Source of the DNA: an uncultured Gemmatimonadales bacterium
Lineage (GTDB): Bacteria > Gemmatimonadota > Gemmatimonadetes > Longimicrobiales > RSA9
Assembly: GCA_963708135.1 (NCBI GenBank)
Contig: OY970192.1
Location: forward strand, 1 to 64,000
Direction of reading: 5' to 3'
DNA: 64,000 bases
In this document: piece after piece, positions 18,253 through 28,115 of the stretch
Layout: every line of letters begins with the position of its first letter
Numbering within the stretch: the stretch's first letter is position 1
The notes under the pieces: model-generated
What the model was told of the DNA's origin: nothing
Database searches by the model: none
What the model saw: the letters and a program-made list of their open reading frames with translations, nothing else
Made by a program: the position numbers and the translations under genes

Positions 18253-19247
18253 CGCTGCGGCGCGTGGCGCGGGAGCTGCTCGAGCGGCCGGCGGCGTTCG
18301 AGTTCTTCCAGGCCGTTCGGCTGCTGGAGCGGCTGCGCCCGGACCTCGACCGCGTCGGACGCGGCGCGGACCCGGCCGCCGAGGCGGTGCGCTTCGCGGC
18401 GAGCACGGCCATGCCCTTTCCGGCCAGCGAGATCCAGGCGCTGGAGATGGCGGAGGGCGAGCAGGCGCGGATGACCGTCAACTTCATGGGCCTGACGGGC
18501 CCGTCCGGCGTCATGCCGTACGAGTACACGCTGCTCGTGGCCGAGCGGCAGCGGGCGCGCGACACGGCGCCGGCGGCGTTCCTCGACATGTTCCACCACC
18601 GGATCATCGCGCTGTTCTACCGTGCGTGGCGGAAGTACCGCTTCGTGGTGGATCGGGAGCAGGGCGAGCCGGACCAGCTGCAGGGCCGGGTGCTGGACCT
18701 GGTGGGCATGGGTCTCGAGTCGGAGCTCGACGCCTCCCCCGTCCCGCCGGAGACGCTCGCGTTCTACGCGGGGCTGCTCAGCCTGCAGCCGCGCGGCGCG
18801 GCGGCGCTCGAGACGGTGCTCGAGGACATGATCGAGGCGCCCGTCCGGGTGGAGCAGTTCGCGGGTGGGTGGTACCCGCTGCCGCCGAGCGACTGGTGCG
18901 CCGTGGGCGAGGAGTCGGGGCCGTCCAGCCAGCTCGGCGCCGGCGCGGTCGTGGGCGACGAGGTCTGGGACCCCCAGGGGCGGGTGCGCCTGCGCGTGGG
19001 GCCGCTGGACCGGAGCCGCTTCGACGAGTTCCTGCCGGGCGGCCGCAGCCACGCCGCGGTGGCGGCGCTCGCCCGCTTCTACGGTCACGAGCAGTTCGAG
19101 TTCGAGATCCAGCTCGTGCTGGATGGCGACGAGGTGCCGGGCGTTCGGCTCGGCGGACCGGACGCCGACACCAGGCTGGGGTGGACGACCTGGATCCGGA
19201 CTGCCCCGCGCGCCCGCGACGCGGACGAAACCACACTGAGACTCTGA
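18216..19247 (+). CDS. tssG: T6SS baseplate protein TssG
   Basis: FEFFQAVRLLE, FMGLTGPSG, FLDMFHHR and LGWTTW motifs; start 18216 or 18234. Confidence 0.93.
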   Translation: MGAEVGMEDAAVALRRVARELLERPAAFEFFQAVRLLERLRPDLDRVGRGADPAAEAVRFAASTAMPFPASEIQALEMAEGEQARMTVNFMGLTGPSGVMPYEYTLLVAERQRARDTAPAAFLDMFHHRIIALFYRAWRKYRFVVDREQGEPDQLQGRVLDLVGMGLESELDASPVPPETLAFYAGLLSLQPRGAAALETVLEDMIEAPVRVEQFAGGWYPLPPSDWCAVGEESGPSSQLGAGAVVGDEVWDPQGRVRLRVGPLDRSRFDEFLPGGRSHAAVAALARFYGHEQFEFEIQLVLDGDEVPGVRLGGPDADTRLGWTTWIRTAPRARDADETTLRL

Positions 19248-19281
19248 GACGGAACCGAGCCCTCAACGGAAGAGCCTGGCC

Positions 19282-22086
19282 ATGAACGTGAATCTGCGCG
19301 GTCTCATCGGAAAGCTGAATCCCCAGGTCCGCAACGCGGTGGAATCCGCCGCCGGGCTCTGCCTCGCCCGCACCCACTACGACGTGGAGATCGAGCACTT
19401 CCTCATGAAGGTGCTCGATGCGAGCGACGGCGACCTGGCCGTCATCCTCAAGCATTTCGGGGTGGACCGCTCCCGACTCGCCTCCGACGTCACGGCGAGC
19501 CTGGACAAGCTCAAGACGGGCAACGCGCGCACGCCCTCGCTGAGCCCCACGCTGGTGCGGATGCTCACCACGGCGTGGACGCTCGGCTCGGTGGACTACG
19601 CTGCCACGCGGATCCGCACCGGCCATGCCGTCCTGGCGCTGGTCAGCGACGAGGAGCTGAGCCGCCTCGCGCGCGACATCTCCCGCGAGCTGGAGAAGGT
19701 CTCGCCCGAGGCGCTGCGCAAGGACTTCGAGCAGATCGTTGCCCCGTCCGTCGAGGATTCCGGGCCCGTGGCGGCGGCGGGCGCCGGTGGCGGCGCGGCG
19801 GCCGGCGGGCGGCCGAAGGCCGGCGGCGGCAAGACGAACTTCCTCGATCAGTTCACCATCAACCTGACGGAGCGCGCGGCCAACGGCGAGCTGGACCCCG
19901 TGCTGGGACGCGACTTCGAGATCCGACAGGTGATCGACATCCTGACCCGCCGGCGCCAGAACAATCCGATCATGGTGGGCGAGGCGGGGGTCGGGAAGAC
20001 GGCGGTGGTGGAGGGCTTCGCGCAGCGGCTGGCCGCGGGGGACGTCCCGCCGCCGCTGAGGAACGTGACGCTGCGCACGCTCGATCTGGCGCTGCTCCAG
20101 GCGGGCGCGGGCGTGAAGGGCGAGTTCGAGAACCGCCTGAAGGGGCTGATCGAGGAGGTGCGCTCCTCCGAGACCCCGATCATCCTCTTCATCGACGAGG
20201 CGCACACGATGATCGGCGCCGGCGGACAGGCCGGCCAGAACGACGCGGCGAACCTGCTCAAGCCGGCGCTGGCGCGCGGCGAGCTGCGCACGATCGCGGC
20301 GACCACGTGGTCCGAGTACAAGAAGTACTTCGAGAAGGACCCCGCCCTTGCCCGACGCTTCCAGCTGGTGAAGGTGGAGGAGCCCTCGGAGCTCACGTGC
20401 ATGGTGATGATGCGCGGCATCGTCGCCTCGCTGGAGCGGCATCACAACGTCCGCATCCTGGACGACGGCGTGCACGCGGCCGTGAGCCTCTCGCACCGCT
20501 ACCTGCCCGACCGCCAGCTGCCGGACAAGGCGGTGAGCGTCCTGGACACGGCATGCGCCCGGCTCTCGCTCGGCCAGAACGCCACGCCGCCCGCGATCGA
20601 GGACGCGGTGCGGCGGCTGGACGACCTGGCCGTGCAGGAGCGGGTGCTCCTGCGCGAGGCGGCCGTGGGCGCCGACCACAGCGAGCGACTGGAGGCGATC
20701 GAGGCGGAGCGCGCGGACACGGAGCGCCGGCTGGCGGCACTGCGCGAGCGCTGGGACCGGGAGCGGGATCTGGTCACGCGCGTGCGCGCTCTGCGCGAGT
20801 CGCTCGAGGCGGGGCTGTCGGAAGCGGCAGCGACCGACGGCGGTGAAGGCCTGTCGGACGAGGCGGGGCTGTCGGAGAACGGCGACGGCGCGCCCCGGGG
20901 CGCGGCCGAGGCCGGCGCGGCCAGCGAGGCGGGCGCTGGGAAGCTGGCGGACGCGGAGACGATGCGGGCGGAGCTGGCGGAGCTGAACGACGCGCTGGCG
21001 ATGCTGCAGGGCGAGGAGCCGCTGGTCCCGGTCACGGTGGACGCGGAGCTGGTCGGCCAGGTGATCTCCGGCTGGACGGGGATCCCGGTCGGCAAGATGA
21101 TGCGCGACGACCTCGCGGCGGCGCTCCAGCTGGAGGTCAACCTGCAGAAGCGGATCATCGGGCAGGACCACGCGCTGGAGATCATCAGCCACCGGATCCG
21201 CACCTCGAAGGCGGGGATCGAGGACCCGCAGAAGCCGGTGGGCGTGTTCCTGCTGGTGGGCCCGAGCGGGGTGGGCAAGACGGAGACGGCGCTGGCGCTC
21301 TCGGACCTGCTCTACGGCGGCGAGCAGAACGTGATCACGATCAACATGTCGGAGTTCCAGGAGTCGCACACGGTATCGACGCTGAAGGGGGCGCCTCCCG
21401 GGTACGTGGGCTACGGGGAGGGCGGGGTGCTGACGGAGGCGGTGCGGCGCCGGCCGTACTCGGTCGTGCTGCTGGACGAAATCGAGAAGGCGCACCCGGA
21501 CGTGCTCGAGCTGTTCTTCCAGGTCTTCGACAAGGGGCGGATGGAGGACGGCGAGGGGCGGGAGATCGACTTCAAGAACACGTTGATCCTGCTCACGACG
21601 AACGCGGGCACGGACACGATCATGAAGCTGACGGCGGACCCGGAGACGATGCCGGCGGTGGACGGGCTGGTGAAGGCGCTCAAGCCGGAGCTGGACAAGA
21701 CGTTCAAGCCGGCGTTCCTGGGCCGCATGGTGATCATCCCCTACTTCCCCGTGCGCGACGACGTGCTGAAGACGATCGTGCGGCTGAAGCTCGGCAAGGT
21801 GCAGCGCCGGCTGCGCGAGGTGCACAACCTCGAGCTGGTGGTGGACGAGGTGGCGGTGGACGCCATCGCGGAGCGGTGCACGGAGGTCGAGAGCGGCGCC
21901 CGCAACGTAGACAACATTCTGACGAACACGCTGCTGCCGGCGATCTCGCAGATGCTGCTCGAGGCGCTGGTCGAAGGCATCAAGCCGTCGGCGATCCGGA
22001 CGGGCGTCGGCGAGGGCGGCGAGTTCAGCTACGCGCTGGACGCCGCCGGCGCGGCGGTGGAGGGGCGCGCCGAGGTCCCGGCCTGA
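19282..22086 (+). CDS. tssH: T6SS AAA+ ATPase ClpV (TssH)
   Basis: Two Walker A motifs (GEAGVGKT, GPSGVGKT); RRRQNNP and GAPPGYVGYGEGG. Confidence 0.96.
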   Translation: MNVNLRGLIGKLNPQVRNAVESAAGLCLARTHYDVEIEHFLMKVLDASDGDLAVILKHFGVDRSRLASDVTASLDKLKTGNARTPSLSPTLVRMLTTAWTLGSVDYAATRIRTGHAVLALVSDEELSRLARDISRELEKVSPEALRKDFEQIVAPSVEDSGPVAAAGAGGGAAAGGRPKAGGGKTNFLDQFTINLTERAANGELDPVLGRDFEIRQVIDILTRRRQNNPIMVGEAGVGKTAVVEGFAQRLAAGDVPPPLRNVTLRTLDLALLQAGAGVKGEFENRLKGLIEEVRSSETPIILFIDEAHTMIGAGGQAGQNDAANLLKPALARGELRTIAATTWSEYKKYFEKDPALARRFQLVKVEEPSELTCMVMMRGIVASLERHHNVRILDDGVHAAVSLSHRYLPDRQLPDKAVSVLDTACARLSLGQNATPPAIEDAVRRLDDLAVQERVLLREAAVGADHSERLEAIEAERADTERRLAALRERWDRERDLVTRVRALRESLEAGLSEAAATDGGEGLSDEAGLSENGDGAPRGAAEAGAASEAGAGKLADAETMRAELAELNDALAMLQGEEPLVPVTVDAELVGQVISGWTGIPVGKMMRDDLAAALQLEVNLQKRIIGQDHALEIISHRIRTSKAGIEDPQKPVGVFLLVGPSGVGKTETALALSDLLYGGEQNVITINMSEFQESHTVSTLKGAPPGYVGYGEGGVLTEAVRRRPYSVVLLDEIEKAHPDVLELFFQVFDKGRMEDGEGREIDFKNTLILLTTNAGTDTIMKLTADPETMPAVDGLVKALKPELDKTFKPAFLGRMVIIPYFPVRDDVLKTIVRLKLGKVQRRLREVHNLELVVDEVAVDAIAERCTEVESGARNVDNILTNTLLPAISQMLLEALVEGIKPSAIRTGVGEGGEFSYALDAAGAAVEGRAEVPA

Positions 22087-23669
22087 TGGGCGTGGCGGGC
22101 GCCACGAGCGCGCCGGCCATCCCGCTGCGGCTTGCCGGCGCCGAGGTGTTCGGCGCGCTCCGGGAGGGTCTCGGCGCGGCCGGCTACGACACGGCCGGCG
22201 TGTGCGCGCGGTTGGGCATCGCGAGCATCTACGCGTTCCGCACCGCCTGGGAGGGACGGGCCCCGCTGGACCCGTCGACGGACGCGGTATCGCTCCTCAT
22301 CCACGTGTTCCTGGACGGGCAGGTCGTGGAGCGGGCGGTGCTGGAGCGGCTGCTCGCGCCGTCAACCGTGGCGGCCCTGGACGCGCTGGGCCTGCTCCGC
22401 GCGCTTCCAGGCGACGACGGCCGCTGTCTGGCCACGGTGCTGCTCTACCCGACCGGCTGCCTCTACATCGTGTCCGACCGGGACTACGACCCCACCTCGA
22501 GCGAGCCCGAGCGCCCGGCGGTCGTGGCGGACTCGGTCTATCCGGCGATCACCACCAACACGGGCGACTTCCTCTCGGTGCTGCCCACGACGCCGTGCGA
22601 GCGGGTGCTCGACCTGGGCTCCGGGACGGGCATCGCCGCGCTGGTGCAGGCGCGCCACGCCGGGCACGCCTGGGCGCTCGACATCACGGCGCGCGCCACG
22701 GCGTTCGCGCGCTTCAACATCGCGCTGAACGAGATCCCGAACGCCACCGCGCTCGAGAGCGACCTCTACGCGGCGGTGGCCGGCGAGACGTTCGACCGCA
22801 TCGTGGCACACCCGCCGTACGTGCCGGCGCTCGAGGCGCGCTACATCTACCGCGATGCCGGCGCCGACGGCGAGCAGGTGAGCCGGCGCATCATCGAGGG
22901 GCTGCCCGCGCACCTGGCGCCGGGCGGCACGTTCCACTGCACGTGCATGGCCACGGACCGGCGGGGCGCGCCGCTGGAGGAGCGGATCCGCGCGATGCTG
23001 GGGAGCGCGGCGCCGGAGTTCGACGTGGTCGTGGCGGCCATGGCGGTGGTGGCGCCGGAGGAGCACTACGCCGCCCAGGTGGCGAGCGGCAAGACGACGA
23101 GCGAGAAGGCGCAGGAGCACCTGGACGCGCTGGCGCGACTCGAGGTGGAGCACATGGTGCCGTGCACCATCCTGATCCGCCGGCACGACGAGGGGCGCGA
23201 AGGCATCACCGCGCGCCGGATGCGGGGCCACGGGACGGGCTACGCGGCGCTCGAGTGGCTGCGCCGCTGGCAGCTGGCGGCATCGACGGCGGGTGTGGCC
23301 GAGGAGGCGCTGGCCGGCTCGCGGCCGCGGCTCTCTCCGGTCGCCCGGCTGCACACGGTGAGCCATGCGGCCGGCGGCGCGTGGGAGGTGGAGGAGAGTC
23401 ACATCGAGGTGAAGGTGCCGTTCCCGGTGTCGATGAAGTCGGACGGACCCGTCGTCGCCTTCCTCGCCCGCTGTGACGGGCGGCGTGCGGTGGCGGAGCA
23501 CCTGCGGGACCTGGTGCGGGCGGGCGCGATCCCCGAAGCGACGACGGAGCTTGCCTTCGCGGGGATCCTGAAGCCGCTCGTCTCCGCGGGGCTCATCGAG
23601 ATCGAGGCGTTCCCGCTGCCGCTGCCGGGCGGTGCGGATCCCACAGCCGAGGAAGCGGATCATGCCTGA
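22086..23669 (+). CDS. Class I SAM-dependent methyltransferase (HemK/MTS-like) with N- and C-terminal extensions
   Basis: VLDLGSGTG SAM motif, FDRIVAHPPY; start overlaps the clpV stop (TGATG); end overlaps the vgrG start. Confidence 0.85.
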   Translation: MGVAGATSAPAIPLRLAGAEVFGALREGLGAAGYDTAGVCARLGIASIYAFRTAWEGRAPLDPSTDAVSLLIHVFLDGQVVERAVLERLLAPSTVAALDALGLLRALPGDDGRCLATVLLYPTGCLYIVSDRDYDPTSSEPERPAVVADSVYPAITTNTGDFLSVLPTTPCERVLDLGSGTGIAALVQARHAGHAWALDITARATAFARFNIALNEIPNATALESDLYAAVAGETFDRIVAHPPYVPALEARYIYRDAGADGEQVSRRIIEGLPAHLAPGGTFHCTCMATDRRGAPLEERIRAMLGSAAPEFDVVVAAMAVVAPEEHYAAQVASGKTTSEKAQEHLDALARLEVEHMVPCTILIRRHDEGREGITARRMRGHGTGYAALEWLRRWQLAASTAGVAEEALAGSRPRLSPVARLHTVSHAAGGAWEVEESHIEVKVPFPVSMKSDGPVVAFLARCDGRRAVAEHLRDLVRAGAIPEATTELAFAGILKPLVSAGLIEIEAFPLPLPGGADPTAEEADHA

Positions 23670-25686
23670 ATTCTCGCAGACGGACCGGCCGCTGTCGGTC
23701 GAGACGAAGCTCGGCAAGGACGTCCTCGTGCTGACCGCGATGGAGGGGCGGGAGTCGGTATCGGGGCTGTTCGAGTTCCGGCTGAGCCTGCTGTCCACGG
23801 AGACGTCGATCAAGGCGCAGGACCTGCTCGGCACGCCGATGATCGTGACGGTGAAGCTCGCGGACGGCGGCGAGCGGAAGATCCACGGGCTGGTGCGTCG
23901 CTTCACGCAGCTGGGCCTCGACGACGTGTACGCGGTGTACGAGGCGGAGCTCGTGCCCTGGCTGTGGCTGCTCTCGCTGAACCGCGATTCGCGCGTGTTC
24001 CAGCAGATGACGGCCGTGGAGATCATCGAGAAGGTCTTCAAGGACCGGAACCAGTCGGACTACCAGGTCAAGTGCACGGGCTCGTTCCCGAAGCGGGAGT
24101 ACTGCGTGCAGTACCGGGAGTCGGACCTGGACTTCGTCTCGCGGCTCATGGAGGAGGAAGGCATCTTCTACTTCTTCGAGCACACGGGGTCCAAGCACAC
24201 GCTGGTCCTGGGTGACGCCCCGTCGGCCATGCCGGTCTGCCCCGGCCCGACGACGGTGCGCTTCGTCGCACAGCACACGCCGGAGGAGGAGGCGATCATG
24301 GCGGTGCGGCGCGAGAGCGCGGTCGGACTGGGCAAGGTGGCGCTGCGCGCCTACGACTACAACCAGCCCGCCATGAAGCTCGAGAGCTCGCTGGCCGGCA
24401 CGGCCGGAGGCAAGCAGGCGCAGGGCGAGATGTACGACTATCCGGGCCGCTTCACGACCGTCGACGCCGGCGAGCGCGACGCCCGCCTGATCCTGGAATC
24501 GCACGAGGCGGTGCTGAACCTGCTGCGGGGCGACGGCTCCTGCAGCAACTTCGTGAGCGGGCACCGCTTCACGCTCTCGAACCACTTCGCCGCCGATGCC
24601 AACACCGAGTACGTGCTGCTGGAGGTGACGCACTCCGCCGGGAACACGGGCTACTTCGCGGGGGCGGAGCACGGCTACCACTACCAGAGCTCGTTCTCGG
24701 CCATCCCCTCCAGCGTGAAGTACCGGCCGCCGCGCCGGACGCCGCGGCCGGTGGTGCACGGCTCGCAGACGGCGGTGGTGGTGGGCCGCTCGGGCGAGGA
24801 GATCTTCGTGGACAAGCTCGGCCGGGTAAAGGTGCAGTTCTTCTGGGACCGCGAGGGGAAGAAGGACGACAAGAGCTCGTGCTGGGTGCGCGTCTCCTCG
24901 AGCTGGGCGGGGAAGGGATGGGGCACGATCCAGATTCCGCGCATCGGGCAGGAGGTCATCGTCGACTTCCTGGAGGGCGACCCGGACCGGCCGATCATCA
25001 CCGGCCGCGTCTACAACGCCGAGCAGACGCCGCCGTGGGACCTGCCGGCGCAGCAGACGGTGAGCGGGCTCAAGTCGCGCAGCTCGAAGGGCGGCAGCAC
25101 GTCCACGTACAACGAGATCCGGCTGGACGACAAGAAGGGCTCGGAGCTGCTGCTCATCCACGCGGAGAAGGACAAGCAGGTGGAGGTCGAGAACGACCGC
25201 ACCGAGAGCGTGGGCAACAACGAGACGATCACGATCAAGGGCAACCGTACCGAGACGGTGGAGAAGGACGAGAAGATCACGATCAAGGGCAAGCGCACCG
25301 AGACCGTGGAGAAGGACGAGACGATCATGGTCGAGGGGAAGCGCTCCGCCAAGATCACGGGCAACGACGAGATGTCGACGGACGGCAAGCTCAGCGCGGA
25401 GGCGGCCACCGACGTCATCGTCAAGGCCAAGGGCGGGAAGGTGCAGGTCCAGGGCGCGATCGAGATCGAGCTGAAGGTGGGCGGCAACAGCATCGTGATC
25501 GGGCCGGCCGGGATCAAGATCAAGGGGGTGCAGGTCCAGATCCAGGGCACCGCGCAGGCCGAGCTGAAGGCGCCGATGACGACCGTCGAGGCGAGCGGGA
25601 TCCTGCAGGTGAGCGGCACCGGCATGGCCAACGTGAAGTCTTCGGGGATCCTGGCCGTGCGCGGCTCCCTCGTCACCATCAACTGA
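23662..25686 (+). CDS. vgrG: T6SS spike protein VgrG (TssI), no C-terminal effector domain
   Basis: QYRESDLDFVSRLMEEEGI, GRVKVQFFWDR, IPRIGQEVIVDFLEGDPDRP motifs; gp5-type beta repeats. Confidence 0.97.
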   Translation: MPEFSQTDRPLSVETKLGKDVLVLTAMEGRESVSGLFEFRLSLLSTETSIKAQDLLGTPMIVTVKLADGGERKIHGLVRRFTQLGLDDVYAVYEAELVPWLWLLSLNRDSRVFQQMTAVEIIEKVFKDRNQSDYQVKCTGSFPKREYCVQYRESDLDFVSRLMEEEGIFYFFEHTGSKHTLVLGDAPSAMPVCPGPTTVRFVAQHTPEEEAIMAVRRESAVGLGKVALRAYDYNQPAMKLESSLAGTAGGKQAQGEMYDYPGRFTTVDAGERDARLILESHEAVLNLLRGDGSCSNFVSGHRFTLSNHFAADANTEYVLLEVTHSAGNTGYFAGAEHGYHYQSSFSAIPSSVKYRPPRRTPRPVVHGSQTAVVVGRSGEEIFVDKLGRVKVQFFWDREGKKDDKSSCWVRVSSSWAGKGWGTIQIPRIGQEVIVDFLEGDPDRPIITGRVYNAEQTPPWDLPAQQTVSGLKSRSSKGGSTSTYNEIRLDDKKGSELLLIHAEKDKQVEVENDRTESVGNNETITIKGNRTETVEKDEKITIKGKRTETVEKDETIMVEGKRSAKITGNDEMSTDGKLSAEAATDVIVKAKGGKVQVQGAIEIELKVGGNSIVIGPAGIKIKGVQVQIQGTAQAELKAPMTTVEASGILQVSGTGMANVKSSGILAVRGSLVTIN

Positions 25687-25703
25687 TCGTGGGCGACGCC
25701 CCC

Positions 25704-26297
25704 ATGCTGCTGCGCTCGGGCCTCGCGCCCGCGGAGGTGTTCCAGGCCGCAGAGACCCCGCCGGCGACGGTGGCCGCGCTGGAGGGGCTCGCGCCGGAGG
25801 GGCTGGCCACGGCGCTTGCCGGGCTCGAGGCGACCATGGACGCGGTGGCGTTCCTGGCCCACGCGCTGCCGCGGCGGGAGGCGGTCTGGTGGGCGTTCAC
25901 GTGCGCGCGCGCCGCGGCGGGCGAGACGCCGGAGCCGGCCGTGGGCGCGGCTCTCGAGGCAGCCCGGGCGTGGATCACCCAGCCGACGGAGGCGAACCGG
26001 CGCGCCGCGTTCCAGGCGGCGGAAGCGGTGGGGCTGGACACGCCCGCGGGGGCGGTGGCGGCCGCCGCCTTCCTGTCGGGGCAGACGCTCGGCCCGGAGG
26101 ACGGTCCGCCCGTCCCGCCGGACCAGCATGCGGGGGCGAAGGTGATCGTGGGCGCGATCGCGCTCGCGGCGCTGGCGCTGGCGCCGGACGAGGATCCGGC
26201 TCCGGCCATGAAGGAGTTTCTGGGCCGCGGCCTCGAGCTGGCCGAACGGGTACAGCTCTGGTCGCCGCCGCCGCGGCCTGCCGAGCCGCGCCACTGA
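25704..26297 (+). CDS. DUF6931-like helical T6SS-associated protein
   Basis: AVAFLAHALPRREAVWWA and AWITQPTEANRRAA motifs; typical position between vgrG and PAAR. Confidence 0.7.
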   Translation: MLLRSGLAPAEVFQAAETPPATVAALEGLAPEGLATALAGLEATMDAVAFLAHALPRREAVWWAFTCARAAAGETPEPAVGAALEAARAWITQPTEANRRAAFQAAEAVGLDTPAGAVAAAAFLSGQTLGPEDGPPVPPDQHAGAKVIVGAIALAALALAPDEDPAPAMKEFLGRGLELAERVQLWSPPPRPAEPRH

Positions 26298-26307
26298 GGA
26301 GGCGAGA

Positions 26308-26610
26308 ATGCCACAACCCGCCGCGCGCGTCGGCGACATGCACGTCTGCCCGATGGTCACCCCGGCGGTGCCGCCGATTCCTCACGTGGGCGGCCCGGTG
26401 CTGCCGCCGGGCGGGATCACCGTGCTGATCGGCGGGCTGCCGGCCGCCCGCGTGGGCGACATGGCCACGTGCGTGGGGCCGCCGGATGTGATCGCCATCG
26501 GCGCGTTCACGGTGCTGATCGGGGGCCAGCCGGCGGCGCGGATGGGCGACATGACCGCGCACGGCGGCACCATCGCGCTGGGCATGCCGACCGTGATGAT
26601 CGGCCCCTGA
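26308..26610 (+). CDS. PAAR domain protein (stand-alone)
   Basis: Three PAAR motifs (PAARVGD x2, PAARMGD); 100 aa. Confidence 0.95.
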   Translation: MPQPAARVGDMHVCPMVTPAVPPIPHVGGPVLPPGGITVLIGGLPAARVGDMATCVGPPDVIAIGAFTVLIGGQPAARMGDMTAHGGTIALGMPTVMIGP

Positions 26611-26625
26611 GGGGAGCCGCGGCCC

Positions 26626-27897
26626 TCAGAAGCTGCGCTCGATCCCGACCGTCCAGAGCGCCTTGGGCGTGATCCCCGCGTCCGCCAGCGGGATGAGCAC
26701 GTTGGCGATGAAGCGGACGCCGGACGATGTCTGGAACTTGCCGCCGAGGGAGAGGTCGAAGCGGTTGTCGCGGCGGTCGGGGACGTCGGTCAGCGGGACC
26801 GTCCGCAGAACGGGCGTGGTGTAGACGGCGGGCGGTGGCAGGGTGAGCTTCGAGGCGCCGAGCTGGGTGTCGGTGGCGAGGTCGATGGCGAGCGTGGCCC
26901 AGGGCGCCATGAGCTGGTCGAACCCGATCGCGCCGAGCAGCGAGTTGTTCTGCAGGTCGCCGCTGCGGTAGGCGCCGCCGAGGTTCAGGTGGGGCGAGAA
27001 GTCGCCCCACCTGGCGGAGAGCACGCCGAGCGCGCGCACGAGGGTCTCGCCGCCGCCCGTGAAGTTGTCCTTGTCGCCGGTGGGGAGGCGGACGTCGGCG
27101 AGGGCCGAGAAGCCGACGCGCTGTCCCTGGTAGAGCTCGGCCTTGGCGCGTACGGCGACGTCGCCGATCCCGGTCTTCGACCCGGCGGAGCTCGCGGTGG
27201 CGGTGAGGCTCGGGTTGTCCTGGGTGCCGAAGGCGTGCGGCGAGGGATACTGGAAGACGTCGATCAGGGCGGTGCTCCTGCCGCTCACGGATGTGTGCAC
27301 GAACGGCACCAGGAAGCCGATGTCGAGGCGGTCGAGAAGCCCGTAGGTGGCGTAGAAGGAGCCGACGATCATGCGCACGTCGAGGTCGGTGGTGACGTCG
27401 ATGATGTCGTTCTCGAAGATCGGGTTGCCGAGCGCCGGGTCGCCGACGTTCTGATGCGCGAAGCGGAACGTGACGTTGTCGAGGGGCACGCCGCGGATGC
27501 GCGCGAGCTTGAGCCCGCTCATGGCGAAGCCGGCCAGGAGCCGGCCGCGCCCGAGCGTGGGCGCGCGGTCCGCGAAGATCGGCCCGGCGGACACGGAGGT
27601 CGCGACCGGCACACCGTTGCGGATGGCGAAGGTGACGCCGCTGTTCGAGGTGGTGAAGGGGATGTTGCCGAGGCTGGTGGCGATCGCGCTGTTGAAGAAC
27701 GCGAGCAGGTTGTCCTGACCCTGCACGAGGCTCGGGTTGAAGTGCTTGCCGTGGAAGGCCGCATTGACGTCCAGGCAGAGCGGCTCACCGCACGAACCGA
27801 AGGTGAAGAGCGCGGTGACGCGGTCGCTGAGCGTCTGCGCGCCCAGGGACCCGGCGGAAACGGCGAGCAGCGTCAGGACCACCGGCAGTCGGCGCAT
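26626..27897 (-). CDS. Putative outer-membrane beta-barrel protein (MetA-pathway/transporter-like)
   Basis: Signal peptide MRRLPVVLTLLAVSAGSLGA; GIGDVAVRAK and RLPTGD motifs; ends WTVGIERSF (terminal Phe beta-signal). Confidence 0.65.
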   Translation of the reverse strand: MRRLPVVLTLLAVSAGSLGAQTLSDRVTALFTFGSCGEPLCLDVNAAFHGKHFNPSLVQGQDNLLAFFNSAIATSLGNIPFTTSNSGVTFAIRNGVPVATSVSAGPIFADRAPTLGRGRLLAGFAMSGLKLARIRGVPLDNVTFRFAHQNVGDPALGNPIFENDIIDVTTDLDVRMIVGSFYATYGLLDRLDIGFLVPFVHTSVSGRSTALIDVFQYPSPHAFGTQDNPSLTATASSAGSKTGIGDVAVRAKAELYQGQRVGFSALADVRLPTGDKDNFTGGGETLVRALGVLSARWGDFSPHLNLGGAYRSGDLQNNSLLGAIGFDQLMAPWATLAIDLATDTQLGASKLTLPPPAVYTTPVLRTVPLTDVPDRRDNRFDLSLGGKFQTSSGVRFIANVLIPLADAGITPKALWTVGIERSF

Positions 27898-28115
27898 GGG
27901 GCACTCCGGATCTCGAGGGGGGCTTCTGGCGAATGGCTGGCGATAATTAGGGCCCGGCGGTGCGTCGCGCAACGGTGTCGTTTCGCGCCCCCGCGTGGAA
28001 GACGCCGGTCGCGGCGCGGCCCGGCGGCGCGGTGCCGGGATTGCGCAACGGCAGGTCGCGGCGCATCGTTCACGCTCCCGTCAGGCGCACGACACGTCCA
28101 CATTCCCGCGAGCGA

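Noticed and set aside
25190..25345. 48 bp tandem repeats in vgrG
   Set aside because: Normal gp5-type beta-helix repeats.
27926..27950. Possible sigma54 promoter (TGGC..TGGC)
   Set aside because: No TTGC -12 element, and no enhancer-binding protein gene in the window.
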